Positions 38,454 through 47,593 of a stretch of 64,000 nt of DNA are shown in pieces. The notes under the pieces were generated by a model. It was not told where the DNA came from and made no database searches. It worked only from the letters and a program-made list of their open reading frames with translations. The position numbers and the translations under genes are program-made. Position 1 is the stretch's first letter. Every line of letters starts with the position of its first letter. Origin of the DNA: Planctomycetota bacterium (GTDB taxonomy: Bacteria > Planctomycetota > UBA8108 > UBA1146 > JAJFFE01); NCBI GenBank assembly GCA_039028735.1, contig JBCCHQ010000016.1:1758-65757 (forward strand). The letters are read 5' to 3'.

Positions 38454-39188
38454 ATGACCGTACCGGGTAAGGACAGTGCTCGAGGAAATGGCACTGCGCG
38501 AGACGACACCGTGCCGGATCGAGCCAGCAGCTATTTTCGCGCACTTCACGAATTGCTGGGCCGAGCCGCTGCGACCGATGGCGACGGCGCCCCGATCGAC
38601 TTCGACGAGGGGGCACGCTCGGCAGTGCGGCGATTGTTGGCGGCTCGCGATGCCGGACACAAAGCCATGGTTATCGGGAACGGCGGTAGCGCCGCGATCG
38701 CAAGCCATCTCCAGAACGACCTCGGCAAGACTGTGGAACTGCGAGCGCTGGTCTTCAATGAACCGGCAACGCTGACTGCGCGCAGTAATGACGACGGCTA
38801 CGAACGCGCGTTCGAAGCGCAGCTGTGCCAATGGGCAGACCCTGGCGATGTCTTGATCGCAATCAGCAGCTCGGGTGCTTCTGAGAACATACTGCGCGCG
38901 GTACGAGCGGCCCGCGCCCGTTCGCTGTCGATCATCACGATGTCTGGGTTCGCAGCGGACAACCCTCTGCGCCAACTGGGTAACGTCAACTTCTACGTAC
39001 CGATCGATCATTACGGACATGTGGAGCTGGCGCACCAGATCCTGGCGCACTACTTGACCGACACTGCAGAGACACAGTTGAAGAGACAGGAGGCTCGGAG
39101 TGACGAACTCGCGGCGCATCTTGGTGACGGGGGGAGCTGGGTATGTGGGCGCCGTTCTCGTATCGAAACTCCTCGCAGCCGGACATAG
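38454..39188 (+). CDS. gmhA: SIS-domain sedoheptulose-7-phosphate isomerase (GmhA-like)
   Basis: MVIGNGGSAAIASHLQNDL and AISSSGASENILRAV SIS motifs. 3' end overlaps the next gene; the true stop may be earlier. Confidence 0.7.
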   Translation: MTVPGKDSARGNGTARDDTVPDRASSYFRALHELLGRAAATDGDGAPIDFDEGARSAVRRLLAARDAGHKAMVIGNGGSAAIASHLQNDLGKTVELRALVFNEPATLTARSNDDGYERAFEAQLCQWADPGDVLIAISSSGASENILRAVRAARARSLSIITMSGFAADNPLRQLGNVNFYVPIDHYGHVELAHQILAHYLTDTAETQLKRQEARSDELAAHLGDGGSWVCGRRSRIETPRSRT

Positions 39189-40137
39189 GGTCCGCGTACT
39201 CGACTGGTTTCTATACGGTGAAGAGGTCCTGAGCGCTCACGCCAGCAATAACAATCTAGAGCAACACAGCGGCGACATCCGCGACGAGAGCCTGGTGGCG
39301 TCGCTCGTGAGTGGCTGTGATGCCGTCATACACCTTGCCTGCATCTCGAATGATCCGAGCTTCGAATTGGATCCTGAGCTAGGTCGCTCGATCAACCTCG
39401 ACGCATTCGACCCGCTGGTGCGTGCCAGTCGCGACGCCGGGGTCGCTCGCTTCATCTACGCTTCCACGTCGAGCGTCTATGGACTCAGCGACGCGCCGGA
39501 CGTGACAGAAGATCACCCGCTGCGGCCACTCACAGACTACAGTCGCTTCAAGGCCCAGTGCGAAGAGCAGCTGCGCGAGTACGAGGCGCCTGACTTCACG
39601 ACCGTGACGCTGCGGCCAGCCACGGTTTGCGGCTACTCACCACGGCTGCGTCTCGACCTGACGGTCAATATCTTGACGAATCACGCCGTCAACAACGGCG
39701 TAATCAAGGTCTTCGGCGGCACCCAGAAACGGCCCAACATTCACATCGACGACGTGACGGACTTGTACGTACAGCTGCTCGACGAACCGCACGAGCGGGT
39801 GGCTGGTAAGACATTCAATGCGGGCTACGAAAATCACACAGTCGCGGAGATCGCGACCTTCGTGCGTGACGTCGTGCGGGCCGAGCTGCCAGAAAGAAAG
39901 CTGCTCGACATCGTCACGACGCCCAGCGACGACTTACGCTCGTATCACATTTCATCGCAGAAGATCGCGCGCGAGCTGGGTTATCGACCGCGTCGATCGA
40001 TCGAAGACGCGGTACGCGACCTCGTGCATGCTTTTGTGGCCGGCAAGATTCCAAACTCCATGACGGACATGAAGTACTTCAACGTCGAGATGATGAAGAA
40101 CCACCCAATCCCCGCCTACACCGAGAGCAGCAGATGA
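39100..40137 (+). CDS. NAD-dependent epimerase/dehydratase (extended SDR)
   Basis: GACAGGAGG RBS then GTG. ILVTGGAGYVGAVLVSKLL, YxxxK (YSRFKAQCE). Confidence 0.75.
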   Translation: MTNSRRILVTGGAGYVGAVLVSKLLAAGHRVRVLDWFLYGEEVLSAHASNNNLEQHSGDIRDESLVASLVSGCDAVIHLACISNDPSFELDPELGRSINLDAFDPLVRASRDAGVARFIYASTSSVYGLSDAPDVTEDHPLRPLTDYSRFKAQCEEQLREYEAPDFTTVTLRPATVCGYSPRLRLDLTVNILTNHAVNNGVIKVFGGTQKRPNIHIDDVTDLYVQLLDEPHERVAGKTFNAGYENHTVAEIATFVRDVVRAELPERKLLDIVTTPSDDLRSYHISSQKIARELGYRPRRSIEDAVRDLVHAFVAGKIPNSMTDMKYFNVEMMKNHPIPAYTESSR

Positions 40138-40958
40138 CGGCCGCTCGGGTCGACCTCGCTACTCTCGAGCAGTACAGTCGCGAGATCCGCGGCACAGTCG
40201 TGCAGATGTCGCATGCTTCCGGCGCGCCGCACCTGGGATCGAACCTGTCCTGTATCGACATCCTCGTCGCTGCCTACTGGGACGCTGTGCGGATCGATCC
40301 GTCGCAGCCGTCGGATCCGGGTCGCGATCGTTTCATTCTCAGCAAGGGGCATGCGGCTGCTGCTCTCTACGCAACGCTGGCGCTGCGCGGCTTCTTTCCG
40401 ATCGAACAGCTGCGACGTTTCAACGAAGTTGGCTATCACCTCCCCGAACAGCCCGCCCCCGACTGCGTGCCGGGCGTCGAACTGGCAACCGGGTCGCTGG
40501 GTCACGGACTCGGCGTCGCGGCCGGAATTGCGCTGGCAGCCAAAATCCAGCGCAAGGACTACCACACGTTCTGCCTGCTCAGCGACGGCGAATGCAACGA
40601 AGGTTCTGTCTGGGAAGCAGCGATGTTTGCCCCCGCACAGCATCTCGGGCAACTGACCGCGATCATCGACTACAACGGCTGGCAGGCGACCGGGCGCAGC
40701 GACGAGGTGCTGGCACTGGCTCCCCTTACTGACAAGTGGAGTGCGTTCGGCTGGGACACACGAGAGGTCGACGGCCACGATCTAGCAGCACTCCAGGACG
40801 CGATCCGGACAGACGACGCGAGGCAAACGCCACGGGCGATCATCGCGCATACGGTCAAGGGCAAGGGTGTGTCGTTCATGGAAGACGACAACAACTGGCA
40901 CTACCGTATTCCGACCGCCGATGAAGTCGCGGCTGCGCGCCGGGAGCTTCAGCTATGA
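40134..40958 (+). CDS. Transketolase, N-terminal subunit (split transketolase)
   Basis: TPP-binding region (HLGSNLSCIDILVAAYW, LSKGHAAAALYATLA, GSLGHGLGVAAGIA). ATGA overlap with the previous gene. Confidence 0.85.
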   Translation: MTAARVDLATLEQYSREIRGTVVQMSHASGAPHLGSNLSCIDILVAAYWDAVRIDPSQPSDPGRDRFILSKGHAAAALYATLALRGFFPIEQLRRFNEVGYHLPEQPAPDCVPGVELATGSLGHGLGVAAGIALAAKIQRKDYHTFCLLSDGECNEGSVWEAAMFAPAQHLGQLTAIIDYNGWQATGRSDEVLALAPLTDKWSAFGWDTREVDGHDLAALQDAIRTDDARQTPRAIIAHTVKGKGVSFMEDDNNWHYRIPTADEVAAARRELQL

Positions 40959-41884
40959 GGAACCGCTTCGCAGCGACGATCGAAGAGCTGGCTGCCGTAG
41001 ACGAACGCGTCGTCCTGCTATCGGGCGACATCGGCAATCGGCTGTTCAATCGCTTCAAGGAACGATTCCCCGATCGTTTCTACAACTGTGGGGTCGCCGA
41101 ACAGAACATGGTCAGCGTTGCCGCAGGCTTGGCACTCAGCGGCTTGCGCCCGGTGGCCTATACGATCGCCCCGTTCTTGACGACGCGAGCGTTGGAGCAG
41201 ATCAAGATCGACCTGTGCTACCACAATGCGCCCGTCGTACTGGTCGGTGTCGGCGCAGGCCTCAGCTACGCGAGCCTTGGGCCAACGCATCACACGCTCG
41301 ACGACATCGCGCAGCTACGATCGCTCCCAGGACTGACGATCATGGCTCCTGGAGATGCTCCCGAAGTGCAACTGGCTCTCGAAAGCGCGCTGTCGGTGGA
41401 CGGTCCGGTGTACCTTCGCATCGGCAAGAAGAACGAACCGGTGGTGCACGCAGAGGCTCCCCCCTTCAAGATCGGCGAGTCGATCCCGCTACGCGCCGGC
41501 AGCGCAGCCTGCCTATTGAGTACAGGAACGATTCTGCCCGAAGCGGTCGCTGCAGCCGAAGACCTCGCGCAGCAAGGGATCGAGGTCGCACTACACAGCG
41601 TGCCGACGGTGCAGCCCCTTGCGCAGGACTGGCTGGCCTCACTGGCCAAGCAGTTCGCGGTGATCGTAACGATCGAGGAGCACGCCCACGCTGGTGGCTT
41701 TGGCGCTGCTATCGCGGAGGCCATTGCCGACGCGGACCTCCCCGTGCACCTCGTTCGGATCGCCGCTCCGGACCAGTTTCATCACGACGGTGGCACGACG
41801 AAAGAGGCGCGACTGCGTTGCGGTCTGTCGGCATCTCAGATCGCCCATCGGGTCAAGGCCGCCTACGTGCAACGAGCGCATTAG
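40955..41884 (+). CDS. Transketolase, C-terminal subunit
   Basis: Pyrimidine-binding and C-terminal domains (FYNCGVAEQNMVSVAAGLAL, APFL). Overlapping start/stop with the N-terminal subunit gene. Confidence 0.85.
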   Translation: MRNRFAATIEELAAVDERVVLLSGDIGNRLFNRFKERFPDRFYNCGVAEQNMVSVAAGLALSGLRPVAYTIAPFLTTRALEQIKIDLCYHNAPVVLVGVGAGLSYASLGPTHHTLDDIAQLRSLPGLTIMAPGDAPEVQLALESALSVDGPVYLRIGKKNEPVVHAEAPPFKIGESIPLRAGSAACLLSTGTILPEAVAAAEDLAQQGIEVALHSVPTVQPLAQDWLASLAKQFAVIVTIEEHAHAGGFGAAIAEAIADADLPVHLVRIAAPDQFHHDGGTTKEARLRCGLSASQIAHRVKAAYVQRAH

Positions 41885-42022
41885 GTATCCTCACTGAAGG
41901 ACTTGCAGCCCTGGAACTGGGGCACGCACCTCCCGTTACCGGCCTGTTCCGAAGGACGATGTTAGACTTATACACCTCGTCCTGTACTCAGTTGCTCCCG
42001 CCGCACTCAAGAGTAGAAGTCG

Positions 42023-42430
42023 ATGCCCTTGGATCCTCCATCAACAAAGGCACCACCCGAGCGCCGACAGCACGGCATTTCGCTGATCGAGTGTCTCGCT
42101 TGCATCGCGATCCTCGGTACCGCTGTCGTGTCGGGACTGTCGCTAGCCAGCGTCCAGTCCCAAGTCGTCACCAGTGACGAACTGACCGTGCTCGCAAATC
42201 GGTATCTGAAGCGTGAGTTCGAACACTGTCAAGGCACGCACTACGCCGCGATAGACACGACGGCCGCAACGACTGTCGACGAAGACAGCCGCTTCGCCAT
42301 CAGCTACACCGTGACCGAGCGGTCATCGATGTACAAAGAAGTCACAATCTCCATTGCCTGGCTTTCTGAAAGCGGTGTGGCTCGGACTGAGTCACTGACC
42401 ACCCTCCGTTGCAAGAACACACTCGACTAG
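42023..42430 (+). CDS. Prepilin-type N-terminal domain protein (minor pseudopilin, GspI-like)
   Basis: G|ISLIECLACIAILGTAVV cleavage/methylation motif. Confidence 0.6.
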   Translation: MPLDPPSTKAPPERRQHGISLIECLACIAILGTAVVSGLSLASVQSQVVTSDELTVLANRYLKREFEHCQGTHYAAIDTTAATTVDEDSRFAISYTVTERSSMYKEVTISIAWLSESGVARTESLTTLRCKNTLD

Positions 42431-42441
42431 GCAGGCGCAGC

Positions 42442-43536
42442 ATGAAGCCAACCTCTGGGTTCACTCTTGTGGAAACGGTCACGGCGATGGCCATCGCCGG
42501 CACGATCTTTACGTCCCTGTACTTGGTATCGGCGGTCGCTGTCGAGCAGTCCGCTACGCAGCAAGAGACACAAGAGAGTCTCGCAGACGCGCACCGAGTA
42601 ATGAACGAGATCGAGACTGCAATCCGCCTCAGTGATCGCGTGTTGAAGTCAGGAGTCAACATCCTGTTGTTGGAGACCCGTTACTTCATCGACGACGACG
42701 CAGGCATAGAACAGGTGCGTTACGTTCGTTCGGGAAACTCCCTGTATCGCCGGATATCCGACGAAGGAGGACCGCTCTCTGAGCCTGAGCTACTCCTCGC
42801 TGTCGCTACATCTTTTCAAGCAAACAAACTGCGGATTCGTGAGTCATTCGATCGCGAAGACTTCGATGTCAACATCGCTGGCCCGATCGCAACAGGTAAT
42901 GCACGGACAGCCAATGGAGCTGTGCAAGCGGAGTATGACCTAAAGGAGCTCGGCGACGTCGATGCCGATCTGTTGGCCGCATACTCAACAGAGAAGGAAC
43001 GACTCGAGGCAACGGGCGCGAGCGCGATCACGGCCACGACCATGACGGTGTCGCCACCTATGAAGAAGGCGTCCCTGACCGTGACGACAGACTTCACGCC
43101 GCAGTCTCTGTTCAAGGAGTACCGCCCACTGGTCTTTGGCGCCGAGATGCCCGACACCGACAACATCTCAGTGGTCTTCGAGTCCAACGGCGATGTGGTC
43201 GTTCGCACGACAGAGGGTGGCACGCTGGTCGAGCAGTCGACGCCAAACCTCTCATGGACCCCGGCGAACGCCTACAAGGTTCGACTGGAAATGTCTGCTA
43301 GCAAAGCGCGTGCGTTCATCAGCGAGAACGGTGAAGTCGCACAGAAAGTTGGAATCATCGACAGTGGTACAATGACGACTGGCTCGCTGCACTACCAGAT
43401 CAACGGCACGGGATCTGCTGCGTGGGACTCACTCGAGATCGACAACGATTTTCTGACGATCAAGCTGACAACCACTCTCAACGGCCAAAGCAAAGACCTA
43501 TGGGGGGGCGCATGCTCGCGACAGCCCAAGAAGTAG
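42442..43536 (+). CDS. Prepilin-type N-terminal domain protein (pseudopilin, GspJ-like but long)
   Basis: MKPTSG|FTLVETVTAMAIAGTIF classic prepilin leader/cleavage motif. Confidence 0.65.
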   Translation: MKPTSGFTLVETVTAMAIAGTIFTSLYLVSAVAVEQSATQQETQESLADAHRVMNEIETAIRLSDRVLKSGVNILLLETRYFIDDDAGIEQVRYVRSGNSLYRRISDEGGPLSEPELLLAVATSFQANKLRIRESFDREDFDVNIAGPIATGNARTANGAVQAEYDLKELGDVDADLLAAYSTEKERLEATGASAITATTMTVSPPMKKASLTVTTDFTPQSLFKEYRPLVFGAEMPDTDNISVVFESNGDVVVRTTEGGTLVEQSTPNLSWTPANAYKVRLEMSASKARAFISENGEVAQKVGIIDSGTMTTGSLHYQINGTGSAAWDSLEIDNDFLTIKLTTTLNGQSKDLWGGACSRQPKK

Positions 43537-44693
43537 GCCGCAACCGGCAACAATCGGGCGCGGCGCTGATCCTCGCAATCTTGATGATGACAGCGCTCGT
43601 ATCGTTCGGTGTTGTGTATCTGGAAGTATCCTCTGGGATGGCATCCGGACGAGAACTCGAGATCGATCGAGTTCGGGCGGTTGCTCTTGCAGAAGCCGGG
43701 ATCGCGCACGCCCACAGCGCTCTCCTCGATGACCCACTGTTCACTGGCCCGCTCGACGAATCGCTCGGAGACGGCGGGTATCAAGTCACGATTCGCAGCG
43801 TGCCGGGAGCGGTGGAGGTGTCGTCTGTGGGCGGTAACCCGAGTATCGCCGCCGGCTACAAGTCCATGATCAGCCAGAGAACACTGCCGAATCTGCGAGG
43901 CCCGTTCCTCGTCGGCAACGACGTGCACATCAACTCATCCACCATCGGCTGGGGCGGGTCCTTGGGCTACGGCAACGCCTTGAATCGCTCGCTGTCCATT
44001 GCATTGGGGTTGAGCGAGCAGGTCTCGGGGGACCAAGCGGCCGGTTTCAACATCGACTTTGGTGCGGCCCAATCGGCAGCGACGACGAGTATTGATGTGA
44101 TCGCCGGTGACATCGACCAAATCAACGCAGATACTGGGCAGTTTCAGGATGGTACCTACACCGGCATCACCTATGTGAATGCGAACCTCGATGTCATGGG
44201 AGACGTGACGCTGGAGGGGACGTTGATCGTCGACGGAAACTTGACGATCCATGACGGTGCCAAAGTATCGATCCAAAGGGGTGACCATCCGACAGTTCTG
44301 ATCGTGGGCGGAAATCTGACGCTGCAACAACTCAGCCACTTGACGATGGCAGGGACGGTGTACGTCCGGGGCAACACGTCCTTCAATCACGTGAGCTGGT
44401 TCGAAGGACAAGGCAGCCTCGTCACGAATGGCGACTTGACGTTCCAGAATTGCGCGGGCGGGTGGGAGTTCGATCCCAATGCCAATCGCAGCGACGCTTT
44501 CGCAGTGAATGGGCCACCGACCACGGTCACTTTTACGGAAATAGCTCGAGTACCGTATGCAGCGGCCCCGACGCCAGATCTCGGCAGTGGTTCCAACAGT
44601 CGCGGCTCCGTAACCAGCACGAGCACGCCGAGTGGCGACAGTGGCGGCAGCCTCCTGGATGCGCTGATGAGCGCTTTCGGAGGATCAAAGTAA
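43512..44693 (+). CDS. GspK/PilX-like pseudopilin with beta-helix-like C-terminal region
   Basis: QQSGAALILAILMMTALVSF resembles the GspK N-terminal hydrophobic segment. C-terminal repetitive N/G/T/V region. Confidence 0.5.
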   Translation: MLATAQEVGRNRQQSGAALILAILMMTALVSFGVVYLEVSSGMASGRELEIDRVRAVALAEAGIAHAHSALLDDPLFTGPLDESLGDGGYQVTIRSVPGAVEVSSVGGNPSIAAGYKSMISQRTLPNLRGPFLVGNDVHINSSTIGWGGSLGYGNALNRSLSIALGLSEQVSGDQAAGFNIDFGAAQSAATTSIDVIAGDIDQINADTGQFQDGTYTGITYVNANLDVMGDVTLEGTLIVDGNLTIHDGAKVSIQRGDHPTVLIVGGNLTLQQLSHLTMAGTVYVRGNTSFNHVSWFEGQGSLVTNGDLTFQNCAGGWEFDPNANRSDAFAVNGPPTTVTFTEIARVPYAAAPTPDLGSGSNSRGSVTSTSTPSGDSGGSLLDALMSAFGGSK

Positions 44694-44822
44694 CGCTCGG
44701 AATGAACTCCACATCGTCGTCAACGAGAAGCAGCGTTGGTGCTGGCCACGCTCAACGACGCGCGGCACCGAGACCGGCGACAACGGCAACGGCAATGGCA
44801 AGAACAAGTAGCCGGTGTTCGC

Positions 44823-45800
44823 TCAATAGCCGCGTTCCGCGCTGACACGATTCTCCAGCTGCAAGTCAGCGCTTTCACTGCCACGATTCAACAGCTCCGC
44901 CAAAGCCAACGCCCGGTCGCGCTCGGTCTTGTCTCCATGCCCAGCCCGGTGCGGACTCAGCACCACGTTGTCGAGAGATCCGAAATCGTGCTTCGCTGGC
45001 GCGGTCGCCGCCCGCGCCTCTTCGTCCTCGGGGTAGCGCCACCACACGTCCAACCCTGCCCCCCACAGCTGGCGCCGCTCGAGAGCCGCAAACAGTGCCG
45101 CCTCGTCGACGACCGCGCCGCGAGCAACGTTCACGATGATTGCACTGCGCGGCAACTGCTGCAGTTCCCGCATACCGATCATCCCCTCGCTCTCCGGGGT
45201 CGCAGGCACACAGAGAAACAACACATCGGCGCGCGGCAATAGCTCGGGCAGATCGGCGACCGGGAGTCCCTCTGCGCCCTCTCGAGCCATCCTTCGCACG
45301 CCCAGCACGTTCATCCCGAACGCCTTGCACACCGCGCCGACGCGTCGACCAATCGCACCGTAACCGACGATCACAGCGGTACGCCCCGCCAGCAGCAGCG
45401 CATTGTCGTGATCGTAGCGCATCGTCCAGTCGTCGCGTCGCAACGCCTGATCCGCAGGAACGACACGCTTAGCGACAGCCAGCAACAAGCCGATCGCCAT
45501 CTCGGCGGTAGGCGCAGCGTTGTGATGCAAGTTGTGCAGCGAAACATCAGGGTGCTGCAGCAGCAACTCGCGCGTGACTGCGGGGATGCCGGCGAACGGC
45601 ACGACGACGCTGCGGACGGACGCGCCCAGCTGATCCGCAGTGGGTCGCCCGGCAACCAACACATCGCAGGATTCGGGATTGCCGGCGTCCCCGAGAAAGA
45701 GCTGCCACTTGCCGTCCAGGTTGCTGCGCAGAGTCTCGGAGAACGGATCTGCCGGGGCCTTGGGGATCCAGACGCGGTAGCTCACGGGCTTCGTCGACAC
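44823..45800 (-). CDS. D-isomer-specific 2-hydroxyacid dehydrogenase (NAD-binding)
   Basis: VIVGYGAIGRRVGAVCKAFGMNVLGV Rossmann motif. Catalytic R/E/H positions. Confidence 0.75.
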   Translation of the reverse strand: MSTKPVSYRVWIPKAPADPFSETLRSNLDGKWQLFLGDAGNPESCDVLVAGRPTADQLGASVRSVVVPFAGIPAVTRELLLQHPDVSLHNLHHNAAPTAEMAIGLLLAVAKRVVPADQALRRDDWTMRYDHDNALLLAGRTAVIVGYGAIGRRVGAVCKAFGMNVLGVRRMAREGAEGLPVADLPELLPRADVLFLCVPATPESEGMIGMRELQQLPRSAIIVNVARGAVVDEAALFAALERRQLWGAGLDVWWRYPEDEEARAATAPAKHDFGSLDNVVLSPHRAGHGDKTERDRALALAELLNRGSESADLQLENRVSAERGY

Positions 45801-45911
45801 GGTCCTCCTCGCATGAACTCAACTGTGACTGCCAGGACTCGCGTGTCTGGGATTGACAACGACGACGTACCGACGTCGAATCAGAGAACGACCAGAATAC
45901 GGGGAGACTCC

Positions 45912-46952
45912 ATGCGAACAAAGGCTGCTGTGCTCGTCGAAACCGGGCGTCCGCTCGAGATCTGGGATCTCGGTGTGCCGCGACTCGCAGCAGGGCAGGT
46001 GTTGGTAGAGCTCGCTTACAGCGGCGTCTGCCACACGCAGCTGCTCGAGTGGCAGGGATTGCGCGGGGAAGATCGCTTTCTCCCCCACTGCCTCGGCCAT
46101 GAAGGCAGTGGCACGGTCGTCGAGGTCGGCTCTGCGGTAACGAAAGTAGCCGCCGGCGACGACGTCGTGCTCAGCTGGATGAAGGGACGCGGCGGCGACG
46201 CCAGAGGGACCGTCTACGACAGCGCAAGCGGCCCTGTGAACGCCGGCGGTGTCACGACGTTCCAACACCACGCGGTGGTGAGCGAGAATCGCCTGACCCC
46301 GCTCCCAGACGGCTGCTCGCTGCGGCAGGCGGCGCTATTGGGGTGCGCGATCCCAACCGGCTTTGGCAGTCTGTTGAACACCGCGGGCGCCCGCCAAGGA
46401 GAGTCTGTCGCGGTCTTTGGCTGCGGTGGTATCGGCGCATCCGCGGTGCTGGCTGCTGCGGTGCTGGGCTGCACGCCGATCGTGGCCGTCGACGTGGCTG
46501 CCAACAAACTCGAGTTCGCGGCGACTCTTGGCTCGACGCACACTGTTATGGGTGGCGATGACGCCGTCGCCGCCGTGCACGAAATCACTAGCGGTGGAGT
46601 CGACGTTGCGATCGAAGCCAGCGGGCGCCCCAGCGTCATGGCACAGGCGTTGGCCAGCGTCAGAGCGCGCGGCGGACGCGCGGTCGTCGTCGGCAACGCC
46701 CCCCACGGCGAGCAGGTCCCCGTCGACCCGCGTGAACTGAATCAAGGAAAACAGCTCCTGGGGACATGGGGCGGCGATTGCGATCCCGACGCTGACTTTG
46801 CGCGCTTCGCGGCGCAGGTCGTGGGGCACGCCGATCAGCTCTGCGCCCTCGCGCCGACGCTGACCCCACTCGAGGACATCAACTGTGCTTTGGAGGCGCT
46901 GGGTAGCGGCAGTGTCGTACGCCCCATGCTGTCTCTGCAGGGATCGGAGTAG
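45912..46952 (+). CDS. Zinc-dependent alcohol dehydrogenase (MDR family)
   Basis: GGGGAGAC RBS. GVCHTQL, HEGSGTVVEVG, GCGGIGASAVLAAAVLG. Confidence 0.75.
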   Translation: MRTKAAVLVETGRPLEIWDLGVPRLAAGQVLVELAYSGVCHTQLLEWQGLRGEDRFLPHCLGHEGSGTVVEVGSAVTKVAAGDDVVLSWMKGRGGDARGTVYDSASGPVNAGGVTTFQHHAVVSENRLTPLPDGCSLRQAALLGCAIPTGFGSLLNTAGARQGESVAVFGCGGIGASAVLAAAVLGCTPIVAVDVAANKLEFAATLGSTHTVMGGDDAVAAVHEITSGGVDVAIEASGRPSVMAQALASVRARGGRAVVVGNAPHGEQVPVDPRELNQGKQLLGTWGGDCDPDADFARFAAQVVGHADQLCALAPTLTPLEDINCALEALGSGSVVRPMLSLQGSE

Positions 46953-46954
46953 CC

Positions 46955-47593
46955 GTGCCGCGCCCACAACATCTAGGGATCGATTTCGACAACACGATCG
47001 TCTGCTACGACGCGCTGTTCGGCAAGCTGGCGCGCGAACGCAAGCTGCTGCCGCGCTCGGCAACGGGTTCGAAGCAGCAGATCCGCGATGCCCTGCGCGC
47101 CGCCAACCGCGAGGACGAATGGACAGAGTTGCAGGCGGTCGCGTACGGTGAGCGCATTCTCGAGGCGACACCAGCGCCCGGCGTGCTGACCTTTCTGGAA
47201 CGCGCTCACAACGCCGGCATTCCAATGAGCATTGTCAGTCACAAGACGCGCGCGCCGTACGCTGGGCCGCCCGTTGCGCTCAGAGAGGCCGCCCGCGGCT
47301 GGCTGCAACACTACGAAGTGTTGGATCGCATTCGTACGGGGCTGACACTCGAGCGCGTCTGGTTCGAAACCACGAAGGAAGCGAAGGCAGATCGCATCGC
47401 TCAGATCGGATGCTCGCACTTCATCGATGACCTCCCGGAGTTCCTCGACGCACCTTTCTTCCCAGCCATCGTCGAACCGCTCCTCTACGCGCCGCGTCCC
47501 GAGTCTGTGCGCAGCGTCGCCGTATTGCCGGCGTTCGGGGATTGGCTCAATCTCGATCCGGTTTCGTTGCGGGAGCGGACCCCCACTTCATGA
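46955..47593 (+). CDS. HAD-superfamily hydrolase (putative phosphatase)
   Basis: Motif I GIDFDNT (DxDxT). Size and position. Confidence 0.5.
   Translation: MPRPQHLGIDFDNTIVCYDALFGKLARERKLLPRSATGSKQQIRDALRAANREDEWTELQAVAYGERILEATPAPGVLTFLERAHNAGIPMSIVSHKTRAPYAGPPVALREAARGWLQHYEVLDRIRTGLTLERVWFETTKEAKADRIAQIGCSHFIDDLPEFLDAPFFPAIVEPLLYAPRPESVRSVAVLPAFGDWLNLDPVSLRERTPTS

Noticed and set aside
38454-39188. Possibility that the GmhA-like ORF is fused with something at its 3' end (245 aa versus about 195 typical)
   Set aside because: The extra C-terminal about 50 residues overlap the strongly supported start (RBS plus GTG 39100) of the next epimerase gene in another frame. Likely just a late stop or overlap, not a distinct domain.
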